A stretch of 64,000 nt of DNA from Mobula birostris (GCF_030028105.1 NC_092389.1:58839241-58903240); one strand, 5' to 3'; positions 49,968 through 62,502 are shown, counted from the stretch's first letter. The notes: generated by a model from the sequence alone, not told the origin. A program made the numbers and translations.

Positions 49968-52468
49968 TTGTCGGAGCTGTTGGGGAGGGTGTAAACTGAC
50001 TTGGCAGGGCGGGGTGGGAATCGGAGTGAAAAGACTCAGATTAAGATGGGTGGTAAACAAGTGAAAACAGCGTGCAGTCAGACTGTCAGGAAGGACAGGC
50101 AGGTGTTGGGACTTAGATGCAGCCAACAAACCATTAGGGATGCAAAATCAGAAAGGATACAGTACTCAAGGTGCTGTATCTAAATGCACGTAGTATAGGA
50201 AGTAAGGTGGATGATCTTGTTGCAATATTACAGATTGCCACGCATGATGTTGTGGCCATCACTGAATGGTGGCTGAAGGATGGTTATAGTTGGGAGCAGA
50301 ATGTCCCAGTTTACACGTTATATTGGAAGGTTGGCAGAGGGGGTGATGTGGCTCTACCGGTAAAGAATGACAACAAATCAGTGGAAAATGAGACATGGAG
50401 TCAGAAGATGTTGAATCATTGTAGATTGAGTTAAGAAACTGCAAGGTTAAAAGGACATTGATGGCAGATATATACAGGCCCCCCAACAAAGCAAAGGTTA
50501 GTGGGAAGGTAGACAATTGGAACAGTTTTAAAAACCTACAGAGAGCAATTAAAAAATAATTAGAAGGGAAAAGATGAAATCTGAAACCAAACTAGCAAAT
50601 GATAACAAAGTGGATAGGAAGAGTTTTCTCAAGTATGTTAAAAACAAAAGAGAAATGACAGTGGACATAGGACCGCTAGAAAATGAGGCAGGAGAAATAA
50701 TAACAGGGGACAAGGAGATGGCTGATGAACTAAATGAGTATTTTCTGTCAGTTTTCACTGTGGAAGACACTAGCAGTGTGCCTGATGTTGTAATGTGTGA
50801 AGGAAGAGAAGTGGGTGCAGTTGCTGTTTCAAGAGAAAAGCTGCTCAAAAAGCTGAAAGACCTAAAGGTACGTAAGTCTCCCGGACCAGAGGAACTGCAC
50901 CCTAGGGTTCTGAAAGAGGTAGCACCAGAGATTGTTGTGGAATTAGAAGTGATCTCTCAAAAATCAATGGACTCTGGCATGGTGCCAGAGGACTGGAAAA
51001 TTGCACATGTTACTCCACTCTTCAAGACAGGAGGAAGGCAGCAGAAAGGAAATTATAGACCAGTTAGCCTGGCCTCAGTGGTTGGGAAGATGTTAGAGTC
51101 AATTGTTAAGGATGAGCTGATAGAGTACTTGGTGACACAGGACAAGATGGTACAAAGTCAGAATGGTTTCCTTCAGGGAAAATCTTACCTGACAAAACTG
51201 TTGGAATTCTTTAAGGAGATTACAAGTAGGATAGATAAAGGGGATGCAGTGGATGTTGTGTATTGGGACTTCCAGAAGGCCTTTGACAAGGTGCCACACA
51301 TGAGGCTGCTTACCAAGTTAAGAGCCTATGGTATAACAGTAAAGTTACTAACATGGTTGGAGCATTGGCTGATTGGTAGGAGGCAGCAAGTGGGAATAAA
51401 AAGATCAGTTTCTGGTTGGCTGCCAGTGACTAGTGGTGCTCCGCAGGGGTCGGTTTTGAGACCACTTATTTTATTCTGTATATTAATGATTTAGATGATG
51501 GAATAGATGGCTTTGTTTCCAAGTTTGCAGATGACACGAAGATTGGTGGAGGGGCTGGTACTGTTGAGGAATCAGGTAGGGTGCAGAAGGACTTAGACAG
51601 ATTGGGAGAATGGGCAAGAACATGACAAATTAAATACAATGTTGTAAAATACCTGGTCAGGCACTTTGGCAGTAGAAATAAACGAGTGGAATATTTTCTA
51701 AATGGGGATAAAATCCAAGAATCTGAGCTGCACTTGGACTTGGGAGTCCTTGTGCAGAACACCCTGAAGGTTAACTTGCAGGTTGAGTTGGTTCGGTGAT
51801 GAGGAAGGCAAATGCCATCTGAGCATTCATTTCAAGAGGTCTAGAATACTAGAGCAAGGAGGTGATGCTGAGGATTTATAAGGCACTGGTGAGGCCTCAC
51901 CTTGAGTATTGTGAACATTTTTGGCCCCCTCATCTGAGAAAAGATGTGCTGGCATTGGAGAAGGTCCAGAGGAGGTTCACAAGGATGATTCCAGGAATGA
52001 AAGGGTTATCATACGAGGAATGTTTGATGGTTCTGGGTCTGTACTTGCGGGAATTCAGAAGGATGAGGTGTGGGGGGGGATCTCATTGAAACCTTTAGAA
52101 TGTTGAAAGGCCAAGACAGTAGATATAGAAAGGATGTTTCCCATGCTGGGAGTGTCCAGGACAAGAGGGCACAGCCTCAGAATAGAGGGGCACCCTTTCA
52201 AAACAGAGATGCGAAGAAATTTCTTTCAGCAAAGGGTGGTGAATTTGTGGAATTTGTTGCCACATGAAGCTGTGAAGGCCAGGTCGTTGGGTGTATTTAA
52301 TGCAGAGATTGACAGCTTCTTGTTTGGACATGACAGCAAAGGTTACAAACAGAAGGCCAGGTTCTGGGATTGAGGAGGAGATTTTAAAAAAGGATCAGCC
52401 ATGATTGAATGGTGGAGCAGACTCGATGGGCCAAATGGCCTAATTTTGCTCTTGTGTCTTATGGTTCT
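49968..52468 (+). mobile_element. CR1 LINE, internally deleted
   Basis: LYLNARS APE start, RT ORF 50574..51494, 3' end cttgtgtcttatggttctta. Confidence 0.9.
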
Positions 52469-53642
52469 TATACTGTACCTGGACTTTCAGAGAGCCTTTG
52501 ATAAAGTTCCACATAGGAGATTAGTGGGCAAAATTAGGGCACATGGTATTGGGGGCAGAGTACTGACATGGATTGAAAATTGGCTGGCTGACAGAAAACA
52601 ACTAGTAGCGATTAACGGGTCCCTTTCGGAATGGCAGGCGGTGACCAGTGGGGTACTGCAGGGTTCAGTGCTGGGACTGCAGCTGTTCACAATATATATT
52701 AATGATTTAGATGAGGGAATTAAAAGTAACATTAGCAAATTTTCCGATGACACAAAGCTGGGTGGCCGTGTGAAATGTGAGGAGGATGTTATGAGAATGC
52801 AAGGTGATTTGGACAGGCTGGGTGAGTGGGCAGATGCAGTTTAATGTGGATAAATGTGAGGTTATCCACTTTGGTGGTAAGAACGGGAAGGCAGATTATT
52901 ATCTAAATGGAGTCAAGTTAGGAAAAGGGGAAGCACAACGAGATCGAGGTGTTCTTGTACATCAGTCACTGAAAGCAAGCATGCAAGTACAGCAGGCAGT
53001 GAAGAAAGCTAATGGCATGCTGTCCTTCATAACAAGGGGAATTGAGTATAAGAGCAAAGAGGTCCTTCTGCAGCTGTACAGGGCCCCAGTGAGACCACAC
53101 CTGGAGTACTATGTACAGTTTTGGTCTCCAAATTTGAGGAAGGACATTCTTGCTATTGAGGGAGTGCAGCGTGGGTTCACAAGGTTAATTCCCGGGATGC
53201 CGGGACTGTCATATGTTGAAAGATTGGAGCGACTGGGCTTGTATTCTCTGGAATTTAGAAAGCTGAGAGGGGATCTTATTGAAACATATACGATTATTAA
53301 GGGATTGGATACGCTGCAGGCAGGAAGCATGTTCCCGCTGATGGGTGAGTCCAGAACCAAGAGGCCACGGATTAAGAATTAGGGGTAGGCCATTTAGAAC
53401 GGAGTTGAGGACAAACTTTTTCACCCAGAGAGTTGTGGATAAATGGAATGCTCTGCCCCAGAAGGCCAAGTCTCTGGATGCTTTCAAAAAAGAGATGGAT
53501 AGAGCTCTTAAAGATAGTGGAATCAAAGGTTATGGGGATAAGGTAGGAACTGGATACCGATAGTGGATGATCAGCCATGATCACAGTGAATGGCGGTGCT
53601 GACTCGAAGGGCCGAATGGCCTACTCCTGCAGCTATTGTCTA
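52469..53642 (+). mobile_element. CR1 LINE, 5'-truncated
   Basis: YLDFQRAFDKVPH, KFSDDTKLGG; 3' end ggccgaatggcctactcctgc. Confidence 0.92.
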
Positions 53643-54855
53643 ATGGACTATTTTCTAAATGGAGAGAAAATTCAAAAACTGAGATGCAAAGGGATTTGGG
53701 AGTCCCTGTGCAGGACTCCCTGAAGGTTAATTTGCAGGTGGCTGTGGTGAGGAAGGCATATGTGTTGTCACCATTCACTTGAAGAGGACGAGACGACAAA
53801 TGCAAAGATGTAATGTTGAGTCTTTATAAAGCACTGGTGAGGCTCACTTGGAGTACTGAGAGCAGTTTTGTGTCCCTTATCTTGGAAAGGGTGAGCTGAA
53901 ACTGGAAAGGGTTCAAATGCGGTTCATGAAAATGATTCCAGGATTAAATGGCTTGTTATATGAAAATTGCTCGATGGCTCTGGGCCTGAATTCACTGGAA
54001 TTCAGAAGACTGAAGGGTACCCTAATTGAAACCTATTGAATACTGAAGGACTGTGATGGAGTGAATGTGGAGAAGGTGTTTCCTCTGGTGGGCGGGTCGA
54101 AGACCAGAGGACATAGCCTCAATATAGAGGGGTTCCTTTTGGAGCGGAGATGAGGATGAATTTCTGTAGCAGAGAGAACTGAGTCTGTGGAAATCTTTGC
54201 CCAAGGCAGCTTGGGAGGCCAAGTCATTATGTATATTGAAGACAGAGGTTGATTGATTTTTGATTGGTCAGGGCATGACGGGATACGGGGTGGAGGGTGC
54301 GGCAGGAGATACTGTAGCTGCAGACAGGAAAAATTGATCAGTCATGATGAAATGGTTAAACAGACATGATAGGGAAAATGGTCTCATGGTCTAATACAAG
54401 AATAAAGATCTCCTCTGAAGGTATGTGGGGTCCTGTTGAGGGCCAACATGGAACACTGTGCACAGGTCTGGTCTCCTTCCCAGAGACAGTCTATGGGATA
54501 AAGGGAATGAAGGATTTTCCCAGATTGATTTCAGGGATGTGGTAGTGTCCTCAGGGAGATTACACTGACTGGGCCTGTCTCAAAACTAGAGAAATGAGAG
54601 GTGGTCTGACTGAGACAGACACAGTTTCACAGGGTTTTGACAGGGTGCGGAGAAATTTCCTCACTCAGATTGTGGTGAATATTTGGAATTTTCTTCACAA
54701 GTTTTCTAAATTCAAAAAGCCAAATTTAAGGGCTCTGCGATGCTGGGAACGTTGCAGGAAAGTGGCGCTGAGGTCAAAGATCGGGTGTATTCTGAGGTAA
54801 GGGTAGGACAGGCGCAACGGGCCGAATGGCCACGCCTGCTCCTGTTTCTTATTTT
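53643..54855 (+). mobile_element. Two further decayed CR1 3' fragments
   Basis: RT C-terminal remnants and CR1-type 3' ends near 54390 and 54850. Confidence 0.8.
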
Positions 54856-56018
54856 CTAAAGCACGAGTTTACCTTTGTGCCTTGTTTTCCTTTGGATTTC
54901 AGCCATTCGGATTGCACAGGGGAGCGGTGAGAGCTCCGGAGATCAATCGGCAGCCGCTGCGGGGCAGCTCCCGTCTCCCAGCAGCAGGGGACGAGTCCAG
55001 ACAACAGGCCCCGATCCTCGGCGGGGAAAGGCCGGGCGCCCTCCGTGTAGCTGAAACATATCACGGAATCTCCGTCAGTCTCTTCAGCTCTGCCTTCGAA
55101 AGGATTCAGGACCCGCCGGTGTTGCAGCCGAAACCCGAGGCGCAGCTCCCAGTCTCCGGCCTCACTCGGTCCCGGTTCCAGACTCCGGCCCGCTTCCAGC
55201 GCTCAGCGTCCCGCCCACTGACACCCCTCAGCCACTGAGAACATCCTTCTCCCAGCAGTGATCGCTGAATGGCTGAGAGTTTGTCAGAGAACGGGCTGCT
55301 ACTGGGAGCTGGAGATGTCAGTCTCAGTTCGTTTTCAGAATCAAAGGAAGTTCCCCGAAACTCAAATTTAAAAGTAAATTTTATTATCCGAGTACATATA
55401 AATCACCACGTACAACCCCAAGAATCATTTTCCTGCAGACATACTTAGAAAAAGTATAGAATAGTAACCACAGCAAAATCAGGCAGTGAAAGATCAACCA
55501 GAGTGCTGAAGGTAACAAACTGTGAAAATGCAAATATAAATAAATATCGATAAATAACGAGAACATGAAATAACCTCAGCGTCTGCTGATGGATCTCTGG
55601 AGCTCTCACCGCTCCCCTGTGCAATCCGACAGGCTGAAGGCCAAGGGAGAACAAGACGCAAAGGTAAACTCGTGCTTTAGAAAATAAGAAACAGGAGCAG
55701 GCGTTGCCATTCGGCCCCTTGTGCTGTTCTGCCCCTCACTCAGAACATGGCTGATCTTTGACCTCAGTGCCACTTTCCTTCAACGTTCCGAACTTCGCCG
55801 AGCCCCGAAATTTGTCGTTTGAATTTAGAATCCTTGCGGAGAAAATTCAAAAGATTCACCGCGCTCTGTGTGAGGAAATTTCTCCGCATCTCAGTCCTGC
55901 TGAGGTGACTTCGGATTTTGAGTCTGTGACCCCTGGTTTCACACCCCAGCCGGGGAGAAACATCATTCCTACCCCTACCCTGTAAATACCCTGTGAGACT
56001 GTGTCTGTCTCAGTCAGG
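54605..56018. repeat. Large inverted repeat (arms ~54605-54960 and ~55577-56018)
   Basis: e.g. cctgctcctgtttcttattttctaaagcacgagtttacctttg vs caaaggtaaactcgtgctttagaaaataagaaacaggagcagg. Confidence 0.9.
54920..55360. promoter_or_regulatory. CpG-rich segment, candidate promoter or non-coding first exon of the TRIM gene
   Basis: GC- and CpG-dense non-repeat sequence 2.5-2.9 kb upstream of the TRIM ATG; GAS-like TTCCCCGAA at 55351. Confidence 0.4.
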
Positions 56019-56039
56019 AAGCTTCTCCATGTGAACCTT

Positions 56040-56900
56040 GTGATAATGATGTTGGTTACAGTTCTTTCAGACCAGCAGCTTTGACCACAAAAACATCAGA
56101 CAGTGGTCAGCACGGAATGTCCTGCAGTTACTGCAGGAGAAGGACTGGATGGACACAGTGGAGTGGTTCCCTGAGCAGACAGTCCAGACCATCTGGCAGA
56201 ATACCTCATCACCAGATCTCACCAACAGGCACCAAGACCTTACCTGTCTGGCGGCGAGAGGGGCCTCCCTTTCTGATCCTTGCTGCGTGCCCGGAGATCA
56301 CTCCCACAGCGCGCTGCCCCGAGATTACTGCAGTGGAGACGAGACGGTCACTCAGCTCTTTGCGGACTGTGGGCTGGTGAAGATGTGTGGAGAAAGATGC
56401 AAGGGCCTGTGTCACAGCAGCTGCGTGACAGAAGGGTCACTGATCTTCGGGCTGTTCCCTGGACACACAGAAAGACGGACATCAAGTGCTGCTGGCAGAT
56501 CATCATCTTGGTGGAAGACCCCCAAAGCCTGTTGGTCTGTCATCACATCGAGATGTCCGTAGAGCTGATGTTCCCAACCTGGGGTCCACGGTTAATGACA
56601 TTGATCCATGGCATGGAAAATGTTGGGAACCCCTGTCGTACAGGAATGTTGCCGACCGGCACTTTCCAGGCTGCAGGGACACCATTGAAACTACAGGGTC
56701 CCCCTGCTCCTGGACAGGGAGGGGCCGGGTTGGCTGAGGAAGCTTCTCAATTATTGTCGTAGTGAAACACCCCGGGGGCACATGAGCGACAACAGTCCTA
56801 TCGGTTTTATCGAATGTAAAATAGCACTAAATACCCCACTGACAAAGAATGTAAAATCACTGGGTAAAGGCACTGCACGATTTATCCCTGTGAATATCTA
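56040..56900 (+). mobile_element. Tx1-clade LINE ORF2 C-terminal fragment
   Basis: WFPEQTVQTIWQNTSSPDLTNRHQDL, CSGDETVTQLFADC zinc-binding remnant. Confidence 0.7.
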
Positions 56901-57254
56901 TATGGACTTTAGTCACCATAATAATATTCAACTTCTGGGCTGAGTCAGGGAGACCGGGCCTTCCATTGGAGCCGGGATGGACATGCGTTAAATCACGAAG
57001 TTTCTCTCACGAAGGGCTGTTGAAATCAGGATGTTACCGAAAAAATAATGTTTTGCTCCCTGTGACGTTGAATGTCCGGTCCTGTGCTTTTTTCCCCCTG
57101 TAGTCACAGGTCGGTCATTACCACTTCATCTGTCTCCTCAAAGCACAATATGCTCTCCATAACCCCATTTTCATGGCATTAACTAATTTAATAGTTGCTT
57201 TCAATATTTGCCACCGTTTTGCACCCAAGCCTTACTCTCTTTAGACCTGGAGAA

Positions 57255-57440
57255 ACAATAAAAAGGAGCTGCTGGAATTACTCATCAGGTCAGGCATTTC
57301 GGGTTGAGACAGTCCAGATGAAGGATCCCGACCCGGAAAGTCGATTTTACATTCCCCTCCACAGATGCTGCCTGACCCCCTCAGCTCCTTCAGCATCATA
57401 TTTCTGACTCGAGATTCCAGCATCTGCAGTCTCTTGTGCC
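57255..57440. repeat. Penelope-derived repeat (inverted plus direct termini)
   Basis: gctggaattactcatcaggtcaggcat ... cagtccagatgaaggatcccgacccg ... gatgctgcctgaccccctcagc. Confidence 0.6.
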
Positions 57441-57826
57441 TCTCTTTTCAGAACTTGCCCCTTTCAGTCCTGCCTCAGACTGAACCAGGCTCTTCTCTCC
57501 GGCTTCATTTCTGTTCTGCTTCTTCCTTCGCCCATCACGCCTACTGGGGCACAGGCCAACAGCAGCTCTCCAGCGTTCCCTGAAGTATCTGTCGCACTGG
57601 GATTACTAGCCCCATGCCCACCATCCTCCTTTTGCAGCCGGGCTTGGGCAGTCCATGGCCAAGTGTTTATTTCCGACCAGTTTATGTGTTTCCGATCCCA
57701 CCCTGGTGTGGAAATCACAGGCAGTAACGTAATGTTCATTCGCTGAGTCTGCAGCGCCTGTAGTGGACAATCGCGGTACTGCAGGGGATCGGCAGCGTTC
57801 TGAATCAGGAAGTGCCAGGAGTTAAC

Positions 57827-58237
57827 ATGGCTTCGAAAGGACAGGTCGAGAGTTTGAGCGAGGAGGCAATTTGTCCCATCTGCCTGGATTTCTTCACAGA
57901 TCCGGTGTCGCTGGAGTGCGCGCACAACTTCTGTCGCTCTTGTATCACACGGTGTTGGGAAAGGGAGGAGAGAAACTCCTGCCCGGAGTGTAGAGAGGAG
58001 ATTGCAGACCGCACCCTCAGGGCCAGTCGGGCCTTAGCAAATCTGGTTGAAAAAATTCGAAATTTAAACCTGAATCAGAAAGGGAAGGAAGGTAAACTTC
58101 ACTGCGAGGAACATGAGGAAGAACTGAAGCTGTTCTGTGAAACGGACAAGACACTGATCTGTCTGATCTGTGCAGTTGCGCAGGAACACCGAGAGCACCG
58201 ATTCCTGCCGATTAAAGAAGCTGTTAAAATCTACAAG
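57827..58237 (+). CDS. TRIM E3 ligase (TRIM39/TRIM69/A33-like), exon with RING and B-box 2
   Basis: aacATGG start; CPICLDFFTDPVSLECAHNFCRSC...CPEC RING; CEEHEEELKLFCETD...C..C...H..H B-box; donor AAG|GTAAAA. Confidence 0.95.
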
Positions 58238-58261
58238 GTAAAACTAACCTGAATTTGATAC

Positions 58262-59877
58262 TCACCCCATCGTCATTATCCACGGCACGAGCCTCCGTAA
58301 ACAACACATCATTCCCCCACCTTTCGCCATCTCTAATGGGATTCTATCACCAAGCACATCCCAACGCCATGTCACTTCCACAACTCTCCGCTCTCCGTCG
58401 AGATCGCTCTCCACGTAACTCCCTTATCCACTCGCTCCTCCCCACTGATCTCCCTCCTGACACCGATACCTGTAAACGGGACAGGTGATACACCTGACTT
58501 CTACACCTCCTCCCTCGTCACCATTCAGGGGCCCAAACAGACCGAATTCCTCCCTTTACTTCCATGGCCAATTGTCCTCTCGTGTTAGTTTCCTCCTTCT
58601 TCAGCTCTTTGCCTCTTCCACCTGTCCCCTCCCAGCTTCTTACTTCATCACCCTCACCCAGGTTCCCCCTCACGTTGTCTCACCCGTCACCTGTCAGCTG
58701 GTTATCCACCCCAACCTTTTTATTCTGGCTTCTGCCCCATTCCTTCCCAGTCCTAGTGAAGGGTCTCATCCCGAAACACCGACTGTTTCTTTGCCCTGCA
58801 TACAGTGGCTTGCAAAAGTTTGGGCACTCCTGGTCAAAACTTCTGTTCCTGTGAATAGCTAAGCGAGTAAAAATGAACAGATTTCCAAAAGGCATGAAGT
58901 TAAAGATGACACATTTCTTTAATATTTTAAGCAAGAAATGTTTTTATTTCCATCTTTTACAGTTTCAAAATAACAAAAAAGGAAAAGGGCCCGAAGCAAA
59001 AGTTTGGGCACCCTGCATGGTCAGTACTTAGTAACACCCTCTTTGGCAAGTATCACAGCTTGTAAACACTTTCTGTAGCCAGCTGAGTCTTTCATTTCAT
59101 GTTTGGTTGATTTTTGCACATTCTACCTTGCAAAAGGCTTCAAGTTCTGTGAGATTCTTGGGCCGTCTTGCATGCACTGCTCTTTTGAGTTCTATCCACA
59201 GATTCTTGATGATATTTTGGTCGGGGGGACTGTGAGGGCCATGGCAAAATCTTCAGCTTGCGCCTCTTGAGGTAGTCCATTGTGGATTTTGAGGTGTGTT
59301 TAGGTTCATTATCCTGTTGCAGAAGCCATCCTCTTTTCAGCTTTTTTACAGACGGTGTGACATTTGCTTCCAGAATTTGCTGGTATTTAATTAAATTCAT
59401 TTTTCCCTCTACCAGTAAATGTTCCCCAGACCACTGGCTGCAACACAAGCCCAAAACATGATCGGTCCACCCCCGTGCTGAACAGTTGGAGAGGGGTTCT
59501 TTTCATGAAATCCTGCACCCTCTTTTGCTCCAACATACCTTTGCTCATTGTGGCCAAAAAGTTCTATTTGAAGAGTTCAAAGAACATCCAAACAAGCCTG
59601 ATGCATTTTGGAAACAAGTCCTGTGGACTGATGAAGTTAAAATAGAACTTCTAGGCCGCAATGTTATTGTTATTTTGAAAACGCAAAATATGGAAATAAA
59701 AAAAAACATATTTGCTTAGAACATTAAAGAAATCTGTCATCTTTAACTTTATGCATTTTAGAAATCAGTTCATCTTTTAATCGATTAGCTATTCTCAGTA
59801 AAAGAAATTTTGACCGGGGTGCCCAAACTTTTGCATGCCACTGTAGATGCTGAGTTTCTCTGGCATTTTGTGTGCGG
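58262..59877 (+). mobile_element. Penelope-like element 3' fragment split by a Tc1 insertion
   Basis: cagtcctagtgaagggtctcatcccgaaacaccgactg...ctgcaTA [Tc1] TAgatgctgagtttctctggcattttgtgtg. Confidence 0.7.
58803..59843 (-). mobile_element. Tc1/mariner transposon, internally deleted, both ends intact, TA target duplication
   Basis: TA|CAGTGGCTTGCAAAAGTTTGGGCAC ... GTGCCCAAACTTTTGCATGCCACTG|TA; QQDNEPKHTSKST, WPSQSP. Confidence 0.96.
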
Positions 59878-59945
59878 TAATCGCGTTTGATCCCGTTTCT
59901 TTTGTTCTACCTTTTTTTCTATTTCTTACGCTCTCTGACTTTCAG

Positions 59946-60041
59946 GATCAGCTAAAATATTCCTTAGACTCTCTCACAAAAAAGAAATCAGACTTCCAGG
60001 AAAAGGAGCAGCAACAGAAAGAGAAGATTTCCGGAGTTCGG
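59946..60041 (+). CDS. TRIM exon 2 (96 nt, coiled coil)
   Basis: ttcag|GAT ... CGG|gtgagg; DQLKYSLDSLTKKKSDFQEKEQQQKEKISGVR. Confidence 0.92.
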
Positions 60042-60104
60042 GTGAGGCTTCCTGAGCGGATTTTCTGATATTACTGTATAGTTTTGCTCCCTTTAATGCA
60101 GAAT

Positions 60105-60395
60105 AGCAGAGTATCGCAGCTCTAGTGACTCGGGTTCGATCCTGACCTCTGGTACTGTCCGTGTGGAGTTTGCATGCTCTTCCTGTGACCACGACAGTTT
60201 CAGACACATCCCAAGGACATGCTGGATGAATGGTTAATTACAATTAACCCTGTGAAGGTGGGGGAGGTTGTATGTGAATCAGGTAGGAGTTAATAGGTCA
60301 ATGAGGGAGGTTTCAGGAAAACGTGAGGGAATGGTGTTGACGGGAATGATTCAGAAGCATGGACTTTAATGGACCGAATGGTCACCTTAACGTCA
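60105..60395 (+). mobile_element. tRNA-derived V-SINE (HE1-like)
   Basis: B box gggttcgatcc, V-domain gtgtggagtttgcatgctcttcctgtgac, CR1-like tail ggaccgaatgg. Confidence 0.75.
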
Positions 60396-60449
60396 TCAGG
60401 AAATACAGACAGCAATATAGTAAATTAATCTTCACCTTTCATTCGATAG

Positions 60450-60683
60450 GAACAGTCACAAAGCGCTCAGACCCACATCACGTCTCAGTTTGCAGAACTG
60501 CGCCAGATTATCACTGAGAAAGAGCAGAGCTTACTCAGGGATCTCAGGGAGGAAGAGGAGAGGATTCTAAATCGAATGGAGAAAAATATTCGAGAGATTC
60601 AAGAGAATATCGGGTTGATTCAGGAGGAAATCTCAAAGTTAAAGGAACAGATGGATCAAAAAGACAGTGTGATATTTCTCAAG
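60450..60683 (+). CDS. TRIM exon 3 (234 nt, coiled coil)
   Basis: gatag|GAA ... AAG|gtgagg; EQSQSAQTHITSQFAELRQII...QKDSVIFLK. Confidence 0.92.
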
Positions 60684-61952
60684 GTGAGGGATTATATTTC
60701 AATTTGTTCCTGTCAAAGGGCACGGAATGAACAGTGGTATATTTGAAATAAACACAGCACAGTGGCCAGTTCTAACAAATCAATTGCCGCTGCAGGCAAC
60801 CTCACACAGATTGTTATACTTGAATGACGCACCCTCCAATCACTCCAATGATGACGTTCCAAAATGTCTAAGATATGTATTCGATCCTCTATTAGCAACA
60901 TACAATCTGGAAGCGATGAATCTTAAGTATTATAAATCGTAAATTAAGCTGCAACGTATCGTTCAACAAAGATATGACATCCGTCCGTCCCCAGCTCAAA
61001 ACTTTTGAGAACAAAGTTCGAATATGTAACTTATTCGGTTCGCTTTTCCCACGCCCCCACTCACATGACGTGTTACCATAATAAACACGTAACACAGAAT
61101 ACACTGCAGACAGAAAACAGGTGCGTTGCTCCTACACACAGCATTTACAAATGGCAGTAAACTGTTTCTCACCAGACAATTGATGAAACTATTCAGGGTT
61201 GTTGCTGTCCCAGAACTGGACTTCCACAACTTCTGTACATTCCAGGACAGAATGTAATCTGCTCTGAAAATAACACAGAGTTACAGACTGTGTCCTTAAT
61301 TACCTGTTAAATATCCTCTAAATCTCCCATTAACACCCAGTTCCAGTCACAGGCTGTGAGTGCGTCTGGTGCGGTGGGTGTGAGGGTCTCTCTGTCAATC
61401 ACTGAGAACAAAGAATGTGACCCACACATCAGACTTATCCTCCATACCCAGTTTCCATCAGATTACGGAAACATTCACTGTTTCTTTACTTTCTCGGATA
61501 AACTTCATACAGGATAATATCCCATTCTCCATCATAAACAGACCATTCGGTCCATCTTCTCCTATCTGTTTCCCTGCTAAACAAACCTCCTCCCACCTAC
61601 TCACCGCACCCAGCAACAGTGCCCGAACTCCCTGGTCCCTCGTGTTCATCCAGTTTCCCCATGACATTCAATCTCTGCTGTTCCGCTTCAATCACTCCTG
61701 TGCCAGTGAGTTCCACATCCTCTTCACTAAATTTCTTATGGGATTTATTAAGATCCATCTGGAATTTCATCTGCTCATAAATAGATATACTTTCTCCACA
61801 TGCACACAATCAAATCCATCACTGATCTTCAATTGCTCCATCTTATCACCCTGACGTCTTATCCAGATGAAAATGCGCAACCCGTCCTGTCTTTCCTGTA
61901 AGTTTCATCCTCTCAGTAATGATCTAATTTTCAGAAACCTTTCCTGTAATTT

Positions 61953-62400
61953 AACCCCTGGTTCTGCATTGTCTGTGTGTGTGAGTGACTGCAGGAGTGG
62001 GAATTTTCAACCCCTGGTTCTGTATTGTCTGTGTGTGCGAGTGACTGCAGGAGTGGGAATTTTCAACCCCTGGTTCTGCATTGTTTGTGTGTGTGAGTGA
62101 CTGCAGGAGTGGGAATTTTCAACCCCTGGTTCTGTATTGTCTGTGTGTGTGAGTGACTGCAGGAGTGGGAATTTTCAACTCCTGGTTCTGTATTGTCTGT
62201 GTGTGTGAGTGGCTGCAGGAGTGGGAATTTTCAACCCCTGGTTCTGTATTGTCTGTGTGTGTGAGTGACTGCAGGAGTGGGAATTTTCAACCCCTGGTTC
62301 TGTATTGTCTGTGTGTGTGAGTGGCTGCAGGAGTGGGAATTTTCAACCCCTGGTTCTGTATTGTCTGTGTGTGTGAGTGACTGCAGGAGTGGGAATTTTC
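61953..62400. repeat. 56-bp minisatellite, 8 copies, in TRIM intron 3
   Basis: aacccctggttctgtattgtctgtgtgtgtgagtgactgcaggagtgggaattttc x8. Confidence 0.97.
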
Positions 62401-62479
62401 AACACCTTGTAACGGTTTGGATGAAATTCAGGATGTTGATAGTCTCAGTCTATTCAGATTTGTGTTTTATTTATTTCAG

Positions 62480-62502
62480 GGGGAAGCTCATCGGAACAGG
62501 AG
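62480..62502 (+). CDS. TRIM exon 4 (23 nt)
   Basis: tttcag|GGG ... AG|gtagga; the short exon typical of class IV TRIM genes. Confidence 0.85.

Noticed and set aside
60130-60145. GGTTCGATCC as a tRNA gene
   Set aside because: B box of a V-SINE head; no cloverleaf
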